From contig NC_043013.1 in assembly GCF_006345805.1 (NCBI RefSeq), positions 12,648,001-12,712,000 on the forward strand: a DNA stretch of 64,000 bases, read 5' to 3'. Of the stretch, positions 51,861-64,000 are shown in pieces (the stretch's first letter is position 1; each line of letters opens with the position of its first letter). A program made the position numbers and the translations under genes. The DNA comes from Octopus sinensis. Lineage: Eukaryota. The notes under the pieces were generated by a model. That model ran no database searches. It had not been told where the DNA came from and saw only the letters and a list, made by a program, of their open reading frames with translations.

Positions 51861-52635
51861 TGACTACCGAGTAATGTAACATATTGTATAGATAAATTTC
51901 CTCTATTTACATAATATTGAGGTCTCTTTCTTTCTTTTGTTATCTTACCGTTTTATCAATATATATATAGATAGATAGATAGACAGATATATGGAAAGAA
52001 TAAGTAAGGCGGTGAGCTGGAAGAATTGTTAACGCACCGGACAAAATGTTTGGCGGCATTTCGTCCGACTTCACACTCTAAGTTCAAATGCCACCGAAGT
52101 CGACTTTACCTTTCTTCCTTTTGAGATCGATAAAATAAATAACAGTCTCGCACTGGAGTCGATATAATCGACTTAACCTTCCCCCGAAATTGCTGGCCTT
52201 GTGCCAAAATTTGAAATCAATATTAAAGGAATATGTGACGGCGCGTGGTTTAGTGGTTAGGGTATTCGGCACACGATTGTAATTCCATGAGTTCGATTCC
52301 CGGCGATTCCCTTGAGCAAGACATTTTGTTACACGCTGCTCCAGTCTACTCACCTGACAAAAATGAGTAGTACCTGTATTTCAAAGGGCCAGCCTTGTTA
52401 CATTCCGTGTCACGCCGAATCTCCTTGAGAACTACGTTAAGTGTATGCGTGTCTATGGAATGTCAAATCCACTCACAAGGGTTTGGTCGGCAGACGCTAT
52501 ATTAGAAGATACTTGTCCAAGGTGCCATGCAGTAGGACTGAACCCGGAACCATGTGGCTGGGAAGCAAGCTTCTTTATTTCATTAAATTTGCCACAAGGG
52601 CAGCACACAGAGAGAAGCTTACGGGCTGGACACTG

Positions 52636-52648
52636 ACATATATATATA

Positions 52649-52688
<40 letters not shown>

Positions 52689-52900
52689 TGTGTGTGTGTG
52701 TGTGTGTGTGTGCTTGTGTGTCTGTGTTTGTCCCCCCAACATCGCTTGACATCCGGTGCTGGTGTGTTTACGTCCCCGTAACTTAGCGGTTCGGCAAAAG
52801 ATACCGATAGAATAAGTCCTGGCGTCGATTTGCTCGACTAAAGGCGGTGCTCCAGCATGGCCACAGTCAAATGACTGAAACAAGTAAAAGAGTAAAGAGT
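52636..52900 (+). mobile_element. SINE family A 3' half
   Basis: (GT)n, TTTGTCCCCCAACATCGCTTGAC..AAAGAGTAAAGAGT. Confidence 0.85.
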
Positions 52901-53749
52901 ATTGTTGGACTCTTTTAATTCTTTTGCATGCTCTATGCACTGGACTGCGGTCATTCGGGAGCATCGCCTTGAAGGGTTTTGTCGAACAAATCGATTAAAC
53001 ACGTAAAGGGTTTTGACTAGGTATTCGTTGATTTTCTTTAACTCTGGCATCTATTCTATCAGTCTCCTTTGCCGGCCGAACTGCTCTGTAATGGGAACGT
53101 AAACAAACCAACGCCGATTGTCAAGTCCTGGTGAGACAAGCAGGAAAGCACGCACACATACATTTGTATACAACGGGTTTCCGCACAGTTTCCGTCAATG
53201 AAATTCACTCATGAGGTATTGGTCGGCTCGAAGCTACAGTTGACGGCACTTGCCCAAGGTGTCACGTACACGGATTGAACTCGAAACCACATGATTGCAA
53301 AGCGGGCCTCTTCATCTCCTTGTCATGCATCCCGATACAAACCAATATCCATAGCGATCACGTGCAAGCTAGTATGACCTTGTAGAATGTACGATGCTTT
53401 CACTAATTATTCTAGGTGCCTGTGTAATCCCAAGCAGACGTAGACAGCTTTTCGATCCTTCGAGCCTTCGACCCATGGAACATCGAGGATGTAACAGCTG
53501 ACGAGATCGAGCAAGGGCAAGAGAAGAGTGGGCTCTACCGGCAATGGGCTGATACTAATTTAAGCATACTGGGTCTCTGTAGACTGAATCAATGTGAAAT
53601 GAAGTGCCTTGCTTAAGGACACAACGCGCTGCCTGGTGAAGAGGTTCGAAACCGTGACCTTATAATCGTGAGCATAATACCTTAACCACGGTGTTATGTG
53701 CCTTCGCAACCTTTACATATTGCACATACGTATAAATACATAGATATAT

Positions 53750-54765
53750 AGATATGCGTGGTGATGATGTGCGTGCGTATGTGTGTTGTCTGTTAGCATG
53801 TATGTGTGTGTTTCTTAGTGTGTGTGTGTGTGTAAATGTTTGTACGTGTGCACGTGTGTGTGCGCGTGCATGTGTGCTTCTGTGTGTGTGTGTGCGTGCA
53901 TACATGTGTTTTTGTATACGTGTGTGTATGTGTCTTTCTCTGCGTGTGCGTGCATGCGAATGTTTCTGTTTGTGTGTGTGCGTGTGTGTGCGCGCATGCG
54001 TTTGGGATGTACGCGTGCGAATGTGTGTATGGAGTATGGTGTGATGAGTGTGTGTATAAGCGTGTATGTGTGTGATGTGTGGTGTGTGTATGTGTGTTTA
54101 TGTGTGTGTCTGTGTGTGTTGTATAAATGGAGCTGGTGTGTGAGCGTGTCGGGGAGAGTGATGTGTGTGTGTGTGTGTATATCTATCTGTATGTGTGTGT
54201 GTGTACGTATGTATCTATGTGTGTGTGTGCGTGCATCTATCTGTATGTGTGTGTGTGCGTGCATCTATCTGTATGTGTGTGTGTGTGTGAATGTGTGTGT
54301 GTGTGTGTGCGTGTGCGTATGAGTATTCATGTATGTGTCAAGTGTGTGGTGTGTGTATATGGAGTGTTTGATGTGTCTGAAGTGTGTGGAAAGTATGAGT
54401 GTGTGTGCATGCTTGCATGCATGCATGTGTGTGTGAGTGTAACGTATGTGTGTGTGTGCATGGGTGTGTGCGTGTGTGTGTGTGCGTGGGTGTGTGCGTG
54501 TGTGTGTGCATGGGTGTGTGCGTGTGTGTGTATGACGTGCGTTTGCGTGAAATGTATGCGTGTTTGCAGTTTTTGATGCGTGTGTCAATTTGATGTGTGT
54601 GCTTGTGTCAGTTTTTGTGCGTGTGTGTATATCAGTATTTGTGTGTGTGTGTGTGTATACGTGTGCCCTATGTGTATAATGCATGTGATAAAAACGTGTG
54701 TATTTGCGATGTTAGTTGTTGTGTATGTGTATGTGAGTTGTATTTGATGTCTTGAATTTAATGTT

Positions 54766-54806
<41 letters not shown>

Positions 54807-54850
54807 GCATATATGTATATGTTTATGTGTGTGTGTGTGAATGCGTGATG
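53750..54850. repeat. (GT)-rich degenerate tract
   Basis: Direct reading. Confidence 0.9.
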
Positions 54851-55378
54851 TGTATAGTCTTTGACAGCGTTGTCTTTCATTATTTTTTATTTCATTTTTT
54901 ATTTTATTTTATTTCTGTTTATCATTTAAAAGATTAAAAGCTTATCTGATTCAACACAATATTTAAAACAGCAACAAAATATAAACAATAAAGCAAAAAA
55001 AAAGAAGAAAAGCATTAAACAAATGCAATTTAAAAAAAGAAATTAAAAAAAAACTTTATTAAAGGCGATAGCTCACTTCCCTGCCCCCGCAGCGCCACCT
55101 ATTTTAACAATCTACATCACCCCTCCCCTCCCGCTCTATACAAAACAACAAAGACAAGGAAAAGAAAAACAAACAAATAATAGCAGGAACAACGAAATAA
55201 GAGCGAAACGGGTGGTGGGTACATGTGAATGAGCGAATGAGCATCGGGCGCCGAGTGGGGTTGGTAGTTGGGTACAAGTGGTTGGATGAGAACGGCGGTA
55301 TAGGGGTACGTGTGTGGGGGTGGATGGATGGATGAGCACCAGGCTCCGAGAAGTATAATATTGGAGTTAAAATGAGTG

Positions 55379-55930
55379 GGTGACCATTAGGCTTCGAAAG
55401 GGGTGGCAGAAAAGTGCTTAAGGGTAGGTTTCAGCCAGGCATTGATTGAGGTGGTAGACGGGTATAATTGGGGAGCTAACCATCAGCGTCGAGATGGGTG
55501 TCAAAGGAGTACCCGCTGGGTAGGTAACCATCAGGTTACAATGTGGCTGGCTGACCATCAGGCGTCGAGAGGAGAAGTCTATGGGTAGGTCACCACCAGT
55601 ATTGAGACGGGTAGTAGACGTGTGTTTTTGAATAGCTGACCATCAAGCGTCGAGGGGAGCAGCTGAAGAGTACCCCTGGGTAAATCATCATCAGGCAGCT
55701 GACCATCACGGGTCGAGGTGGGGTGGTAGTCGGGTGCAAGTGGATAACTGACTACCAGGTATCGAAAGGGGTAGCGACTAGATATCTGACTGACATCGAA
55801 AGAGGTGGAAGAAGTGGACAAAGGGGTCGGTGGCCATCACGAGTCGAGAGCGGTGGCTGTGGTTGGTATAAGAGATGGTGAGTGACCATCACGTGTCGAG
55901 AGGGGTGGAAGTCGGGTGCAACTGGGTGGG
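55379..55930 (+). repeat. Degenerate complex tandem repeat
   Basis: About 10 copies of a GCTGACCATCANNNGTCGAG-like core. Confidence 0.75.
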
Positions 55931-56088
55931 TGGGTGGAGACAGATAAATATTTTTGTTAGATCCATCATCAATGTTTCCTCATTCAGTCCTGTCTGGTCC
56001 GATTTGGTATTATGATATGATCCGGGTGGTTTGTGGACGGCAGTCGGGTGTAGGTGATTGGTTTCGGTTCATTGGAGAGATAAAGAAG

Positions 56089-56140
<52 letters not shown>

Positions 56141-56172
56141 CACCACCACCACCACCACCACCACCACCACCA

Positions 56173-56227
<55 letters not shown>

Positions 56228-56714
56228 CACTACTACTACTACTACTACTCTTTGTGTTTTTGTGGCTGTGGAAATGCTGTGGAGGATATTGTAGTTGTCT
56301 TGGAGGTGGTGGTCGGGATGGTGGTGGTGTTAGTGATAGTTGTGGCTCTGATGGTGTGGTAGGGGACGTTATGGTGGTAGTACTGTTGATGATGGTGGTA
56401 GTAGTGACAATAGTGTTGTTGTTGGTGGTGGCGGTCATGGTGGTATTGGCGGCGTCGGCGTTGACGGTTTATAATCTCGGTAGAGGTGTGACTATGATTC
56501 CCATAGCTACTGTGATGGCAATAGTTGCTTAAATGGTAATCGGAATATTGGTAACGGTAGTAGTTGTGGTCGTAGTGGCAGTGGTAGAAACTGTGGCACT
56601 GGTGGTGATAATAGTAGTGGATGTGATGGTGGTGGTGGTGGTGTTGGGGTGATAGTGATGGTGGTGGTTGTGGTGTTTGTAGTAATGTTAATGGTAGTAG
56701 AGATAATGTTGGTA

Positions 56715-56895
56715 GTGGTGGTGATGGTGGTGTGGTGGTGAAGGTGGTGTGGTGGTGAAGGTGGTGTGGTGGTGGTGGTGGTGTGGTGGTGATGGTGGTG
56801 TGGTGGTGAAGGTGGTGTGGTGGTGATGGTGGTGTGGTGGTGAAGGTGGTGTGGTGGTGATGGTGGTGTGGTGGTGATGGTGGTGTGGTGGTGGC
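56715..56895 (+). repeat. 17-bp minisatellite (GGTGAWGGTGGTGTGGT)n
   Basis: Direct reading. Confidence 0.8.
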
Positions 56896-57487
56896 GGTGG
56901 TGTGGTGGTGTGGTGGTAGTGGGTGGTGGCGGTGATGGGGTGGTAGTGATGGTGGGGATAATGATGATGGTGGTGATGGCGGTGGTATGGTGGTTGTGTT
57001 GGTGGTGGTGGTGGTGCTGGTGGTGCCGGCAGTGGTGGTGATGGTGGTGCCGGCAGTGGTGTGGTGGTGGTATTGGCGGTGGTGGTGGTGGTGGTGGTGT
57101 TGATATACCACTTTGATGTTGGTTTGTTGGTTGCTACAAACAACACATATCTCGATTTGCCATCTTTTCCGGTTTGTTTCGGTATACTCACCCTTACCCT
57201 AACCTTACCCCTCCCCCAACCGAAATATCTGTTCCATCCCCACCCCGGCTCCATGACCCCCACTCCGTCAACACACCGCTGCCACATTCCGCCGCACCTC
57301 ACCTCACACCCCACCTCCACTCCTGTATCAATTTTTGCCAGGTTCGATAATTGTAATTAAAAATGGGTAGAAAGAACCGACTGGAATAAACGAAGGGAGG
57401 GATAACACTTAGTTGAGTCTGAGGGGGGAACAATTTAGTAGGTGAGGGGGTGGGGTACTACTACTACTACTACTCCTACTACTAATG

Positions 57488-57541
<54 letters not shown>

Positions 57542-57596
57542 TAATAATAATACCAACGGTAATAATAATCCCTTTTACTACCACAAGCACTAAAAA

Positions 57597-57648
<52 letters not shown>

Positions 57649-57968
57649 GGTGGTGGTGGTAGTAGTAGTTGTAGTAGTAGTACTAGTAGTGGTGGTGGTA
57701 AAAAATTAACCGAATGTGGAAGTCAGAAGTTAAATGTGTGTGAGTGTGTGTCTATTAGTGTGTGTGTGTTGTGCATGTTGTGTGTGAGTATGTATGCATA
57801 TATATATGTGTGTGTGTGTGTGGTGTGTGTGTGTGTACATGCATATACAAATATGTATAAATGCATGCTTGTATTCACACGAATACATCCACATATACGT
57901 ATATATGTGTGTATGTCGATATGAATGTATGCATATAGGTATATGCGGTGTGAACACACGCACACACA

Positions 57969-57999
<31 letters not shown>

Positions 58000-58024
58000 C
58001 CCACAGACGCATGCACACACACGC

Positions 58025-58066
<42 letters not shown>

Positions 58067-58194
58067 GTGGGAAATTTTGACTGGTGACTGTTGGTGCTGC
58101 CACCTATATATGATTTCACGGATATATTAAAAAACAAAATTATGTGAACAAAAAGACACGTGAAAATCGCTAGAGTGACATACATTAAAATAAA

Positions 58195-58702
58195 TACGAG
58201 GGTGAGTCAAAAAGTAATGCCATTTTGTTTAGGACATGCATAATTACCAACACAGAAGTATGTATCATACATCAATATGAAGATGGTCTTCTGTGGATCC
58301 CATCCCTACTTCTGAACATAGTCATCGTTTCTCTCAATAGCAATGTTTCACCTTCGAACGAGAGCATGTATCCCTGCCCCGTAAAATTCTGTTGACTGTT
58401 CTTTGAGTGACGTCTTCACTACAGTTTTCATTTCCTCGTTACTGGAATAATGTTTGCCTCTCAAGCCCTCTTTCGTGGGGCCGAAGAGATGATAGTCTAA
58501 AGGCGCTAACTTATTCCAGTGACGTGATGAAGTGGCCCAAAGAACAGTCAACAGTATTTTACGGGGCATAGATACATACTCTCATTCGAAGGTGGAACAC
58601 TGCTATTGAGAGAAACAGTAACTATGTTGAGAAGTAGGGTGTGATACACAGAGGACCAGCTTCATTTTGATGCATGATACATGTTCCTGTGTTGGTAATT
58701 AT
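58195..58702. mobile_element. Mariner-derived foldback made of two inverted 3' ends
   Basis: Starts TACGAGGGTGAGTCAAAAAGT (TIR-like); minus strand LAPLDYHLFGP..GIHALVRR; about 58240-58410 is an inverted copy of about 58520-58702. Confidence 0.78.
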
Positions 58703-59000
58703 GTTTGTTCCTTCTCGAGCCATGCCTGGCTCTTAAGGGCCGTTTTCCCGGTTTCCTTGGCGTATAGGTTCCCCACCTGGACGGGACGCCGGTCTGTCAC
58801 TGGTGAGCTGCTAGATGCAGGAGGAAAGAGTGAGAGAAAGTTGTGGCGAAAGAGCCAGCAGACGTTCGCCATTACCTTCTGCCGGAGCAGCGTGGAGCTT
58901 CGGTGTTTCGCTCATAAACACACGCATCACCCGGTTTGAGATTCGAACCTGCGATCCTTCGATCGCGAGTCCGCTGCTCTAACCACTAAGCCATGTGCTT
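58702..59000 (-). mobile_element. SINE family B2
   Basis: See 16296-16567. Confidence 0.8.
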
Positions 59001-59462
59001 GGATATATTATTGTTTTCGGTGACCAAACACTTACATGCATACATGTGTACAAGCATCAACCCAGATGGTTCGTGCTGTTGGTTTCCATTTGTGTCAAAG
59101 AGGAAGGAATATCATAAGACTTGAGTGACAAATATCTTTTATGCTTTAATTGTTTCAACCATTGGACTGTGGCCATGCTGCAGCACCGCCTTGAAGGGTT
59201 TAAGTCGAAGATATCGACTTCAGTACTTATGTCTTTTTAGGTCTCATATTTATTCCATCGCACTGTTTTGCTGAACAGCTAAGTTATGGGAACGTAAACA
59301 ATTCAACACCGGTTGCTAAGAGGCTGCAGGAAGAACGAACGCAGACACAAAGTCACACATTCATATATTTACACACAGGTATAAACACGAACACACATAC
59401 ATGCTCACACAGATATGCATACGTACATACATACATACATACATACATACATACATACATAC

Positions 59463-59540
<78 letters not shown>

Positions 59541-59892
59541 TAAAATATTAGGGAATAAATCCAAACTTACAGGGAAAAATCAGATTTAGGATTAAATCCA
59601 ATTTTATAGTAAAATATATTATATTATAAACATATAATATACATATATATATTTCAATACGGATCAAATAATTCAGGAGAAAACAATATTTGCGAAGATA
59701 ACATTGACTCTATTATTATCTAGTGTAACAATTAAAAATGATAACAACAGATTGTCTTTGCCCGTTTGCCTTCAGACGGTTGATTTCTGTAGTTATCAAT
59801 GTATTTTAGCGATTTAAATAAGAGTTTTAACTGTTATTTCCAACAGGTAGACATACTTAGTATGTCCTTTAATTAATTGATTAATTAATATA

Positions 59893-60011
<119 letters not shown>

Positions 60012-60044
60012 AATCTATCAATCAATCATCAATCTATCTATCTA

Positions 60045-60077
<33 letters not shown>

Positions 60078-60156
60078 ATCAATCAATAATCATATCAATC
60101 TATCTATCTATCTATCTATGATGTATATATATATATATGTTATAATATATATATCG

Positions 60157-60195
<39 letters not shown>

Positions 60196-60203
60196 TATAT
60201 AGG

Positions 60204-60247
<44 letters not shown>

Positions 60248-60663
60248 ACAGGCTTCCACTCAGTTTCCGCTTGACAAGGTATTGGTCGACACAGGAGTAT
60301 AATAGAAAACACATGCCCTAGGTGCCGCGAATTTGGACTGTACCTGAAGCCACATTATTGGAAAGACAGCTCCTTATGCACGCAGCAATATTTGCGCCTA
60401 GAAGCATAAGTGGTACGTTATATATATCAAAGCCGATAGATGGATCGAGGTACTTGTCCCGGTCCCGAGTTTCCGAGTTCAAATCTAACTAAGATCAGCA
60501 TTGCGTTTCCTCCTTCCTAGGATTGATAACACTAAATACCTGTCAAGTACTCGTATCGATTTAATCCTGTGTACGAGTACTTTCTGCTGCATATACTTTT
60601 GACAGCCATTGCTGCCTTTCTTCACTTGACTTCCGCTCCTTCTTTTGTTGCACTCTCCTCTCT

Positions 60664-60695
<32 letters not shown>

Positions 60696-61031
60696 GTTGT
60701 AGTAGATACAATAGCCACGCGGCTATTTGCAACGCCAGAGTTTTTCCAGGTTTCTTATATCGGAGGCGACGAAATTCTCGTCCATTGCATGCGGCTGACT
60801 GCGAGTACGCGACATTGGAATAGTCCCAAATGATCCAAAATGGCCGAAATGCATCTCTCGTTCTCGATGGCCACTGCTGGAGCGATTTTTCTTCCCTCTT
60901 CAATATTTAGCACTTTTTTTAAAACACTGCACCTACATAAAAGTTATTAAATCTAGACAAAGGACAAATACATTATGCATAGTAGTCTTACATATAATAT
61001 ATAATATATATATATATATAATATATATATA

Positions 61032-61192
61032 TAGGGAGAGTTTACGAAAGAAAAACAAAAGACGAAGACAGGTGGTGTACAAAACAACAGATGTTAATAT
61101 AACGCTCAGGAATAGAAACAGTATTTTTACGTTTCGAGCCTACGCTCTTCTACAGAAAGGAACACAGAAAAAACAAGGAGAGAAAACGTAGT
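61032..61192 (-). mobile_element. Same family, minimal hammerhead at 61125-61159
   Basis: TTT-CTGTAGA-A-GAGC-GTAG-GCTC-GAAA-CG-TA-AAA; embedded in (TA)n. Confidence 0.7.
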
Positions 61193-61193
61193 A

Positions 61194-61234
<41 letters not shown>

Positions 61235-61370
61235 TATATCTTTTATATATATATTATATATAGAACATACATACATACATACATACATACATACTTACAT
61301 GCATACATACATACATACATACATACATACATACATAATACATACATACATACATACAATACATATATAT

Positions 61371-61421
<51 letters not shown>

Positions 61422-61422
61422 A

Positions 61423-61596
61423 TTAGAGAAAAACCTCTATTAAACAATTCAATAAAGAAAGATGTTATTCACACTACTATTTACTATTTATTGTACTTCA
61501 TTGACTTTTAAAATAAGGTTTTTATAGTATATGTTTTCTATATGCTGTGAATAACATCTGTCTTTATTGAATTGTTTAGTAGAGGCTTTTCTCTAA
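61423..61596. repeat. Inverted repeat, 51-bp arms
   Basis: 61423-61473 vs 61546-61596, 3 mismatches. Confidence 0.88.
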
Positions 61597-61689
61597 ATTA
61601 TATACATATATTATATATTGTGAAATTTGATTTAAAATTGTTACATTGAAATTTTCCCTGTAAGTTTTGGAATTTTATTCCCTACTATT

Positions 61690-62060
61690 ATCATTGAGTG
61701 AGAGAGCAGTGCATGCCATCAAAGTGACACTGGGGTAAAATATACAAAGCCCAGTATACCCATCATGACTACCCGTCTGATAGGGGTACACTAAGCACAT
61801 GCATCGCAACCATATGTGCGCGACATGGTGATCTCATATCAAGACAAACAGCACATGATCTTGCAGGTGGAGCCCAGTTAGAATTTACTTCTTGTCGAGT
61901 AGCCCATTCAGCTCAAAAGGTCCCTGAATAAGGGTTGTTTAAGGATGTTGAACGAAACACCCATGTTTCCAGAGGTGAATTATTCAAATCCCAAAGAATC
62001 CCTCTTAACACATGGCTATGATGCACCCCCACTACTTCTGCTCGTGATCAGAGATGCACA
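61690..62060. repeat. Unclassified dispersed repeat
   Basis: Start TTGAGTGAGAGAGCAGTGCATGCCATC recurs at about 23272-23300. Confidence 0.5.
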
Positions 62061-62061
62061 T

Positions 62062-62118
<57 letters not shown>

Positions 62119-62302
62119 CTGTATGTTGTTGTTGTGTGTGTGTAATACATACACACATACATATATATACATAGTTATATTCATACATATTTACATAATT
62201 ACATTCATACATTGCGCATGTTGAAGCGCAGTACGACTGAACCCGAAACGACATGGTTGCAAAGCGACCTTCTTAACCATATAACCACATTGCGCCTATA
62301 AA

Positions 62303-62641
62303 TATACGGATACCTCTGTACAAAGCGGCTATCCAGCCGCGGAAGACGGGACCGAAACCAGCCGCTCTGAGGACAGCCTCCAAGTATCGATGGTCTAGCC
62401 TATCGTAAGCTTTCGATTGATCCAAATTGATCAGGGACCCACCCATGCCAGGTTCCTTAACTATCCTGTCTATGATGTAGCGCATCAGATGGTGGTTGTC
62501 ATGGATGCTCCGGCTCGGCACGGCGCCCGTTTGTGCCTTGTCGACCAGTTTCCCGATGACAAACGCCAACCTCTTGTTTAACACCATGGCCAAAATTTTC
62601 AAGTCTGCATTAAGCAAAGTGATGGGCCTAAAGTTATCGTG

Positions 62642-62643
<2 letters not shown>
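62303..62643 (-). mobile_element. Tx1/L1-clade reverse transcriptase fragment
   Basis: NFRPITLLNADLKILA..RL, INLDQSKAYDRLDH..L. Confidence 0.88.
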
Positions 62644-62700
<57 letters not shown>

Positions 62701-62759
62701 AGACAGACTAGACAGACAACAGACAGACAACGATAGATAGATAGATAGATAATATAGAT

Positions 62760-62804
<45 letters not shown>

Positions 62805-63136
62805 GATATATAGGGATAATAGAGTGACAGATAGATAGATAGATAGATAGATACATACATACATACATACATACATACATACATACATACATACATACAT
62901 ACATACTTATGCACGCATACACATGCAGACACACATACATACATATACAGAAAGAACGAAAGAAAGAAAGAAAGAATGAAAGAAAGAAAGAAGGAAAGAA
63001 AGAAGGAAAGAAAGAAGGAAAGAAAGAATGAAAGAAAGAAAGAATGAAAGAAAGATGGCAAGAAAGAAGGGAAGAAAGAAAGATGGAAAGAAAGAAAGAA
63101 ACAAACAAACAAAGAAACCAAGAAAGAAAGAAAGAG

Positions 63137-63195
<59 letters not shown>

Positions 63196-63200
63196 AGGTA
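62644..63200. repeat. (GA)n, (GATA)n, (TACA)n, (GAAA)n compound microsatellite
   Basis: Direct reading. Confidence 0.95.
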
Positions 63201-64000
63201 AAAGAGTGATAAATAAGTATGACAGGGAGTAAGACAGAACGATATTTCTGTGTAATATATGTTTTATGTGTTTTAACCCTGGAATCCTCTAATCTTATTC
63301 CATTTTATCTTCAGAAAGCAGAGATAGACAGTCCGACAGGCAGACAGAAAGTGAACAAGAGAGAGAAAGCGGGAGCTTGAAGTAGAACGACAGAATGAGA
63401 GAGAGGCGGGTGACAAAGAGAGACAGAGAGAGAGATAGGGAGACAGATAGACAGAGACAGCGCGGGGGAGATTGAGTGAAGGGAAGCCAGAGATGGGTTG
63501 ACAGAGAGAGAGTGAGTGAAAGAGAGGATTACCTACGAGCGATTTGCTTATGATTCTTTAACGTATTGTATGTTATTTTGGATTGTTGTTGGTCCGTTGC
63601 TTTAACCCATATGTCGACATTTCCTTCTGCAAAGTTCCCTGGTGAGGGGACATTCCGATGCTTGCTTCTTTCGGATAAAACAACAAGATTTATAACACTA
63701 CACAGATTTACTTGGTAGATATATTTTGTTTTGTATTATTATTACTTTTTTTCATTTCTTTATTGAAAATATTTTTGTTTTGTTATTTTGCGTTCTTGTT
63801 GTTCGTTGCTGGTCTTGTTTTTCGTGGTTTCACGTTGTATGTCGTTAATGTGTAGCCATGTATTTGTTATACGCATTTGTATGCGTATGACATTGCATAT
63901 AAACACTATATGGATGTGTGTATGTGTGTCTGTATACATATATATATGCGTGTGTTTGAATATATACATATATAATATATTTGTATGTATGTATGTATGT

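Larger units (their letters stand above)
48301..51961 (+). mobile_element. Penelope-like element (PLE, probably Naiad group): inverted pLTR + direct pLTR + ORF + pLTR
   Basis: RT and GIY-YIG ORF; 48873-49373 is a direct copy of 51461-51961 (2 mismatches seen); 48301-48874 is an inverted copy of 51321-51894; both flanks are (TA)n. Confidence 0.93.

Noticed and set aside
55379-55930. CRISPR-like array
   Set aside because: Repeats are degenerate, spacers vary widely and are themselves repeated, there are no cas genes, and the context is eukaryotic.

Overview
Repeat-dominated eukaryotic DNA, most likely from an octopus (inferred from the tRNA-derived SINE families and the extreme microsatellite load; not verified by a database search). 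Most of the ORF track is simple-repeat translation noise, and no host gene could be named; two short minus-strand exon candidates lie at 32.8-34.1 kb. Mobile elements: (i) a near-intact Penelope-like element, probably Naiad group, at 48301-51961 (RT plus GIY-YIG, one 1-nt frameshift, two direct and one inverted pseudo-LTR), each pLTR carrying a variant hammerhead-like fold; (ii) four short (TA)n-embedded elements with minimal hammerheads and non-canonical cores; (iii) an ORF1-only Tx1/L1-type element inserted into a SINE head with a 15-bp TSD, next to a U6 pseudogene; (iv) a young 5'-truncated CR1, a Tx1 RT fragment, three mariner remnants, three non-autonomous Helitrons, RTE 5'UTR remnants, older Penelope-like remnants and many SINEs, some nested at a recurrent position. 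Also present: a 1.2-kb tandem duplication, several foldback palindromes and a 100-N gap. All alignments and folds were done by eye.
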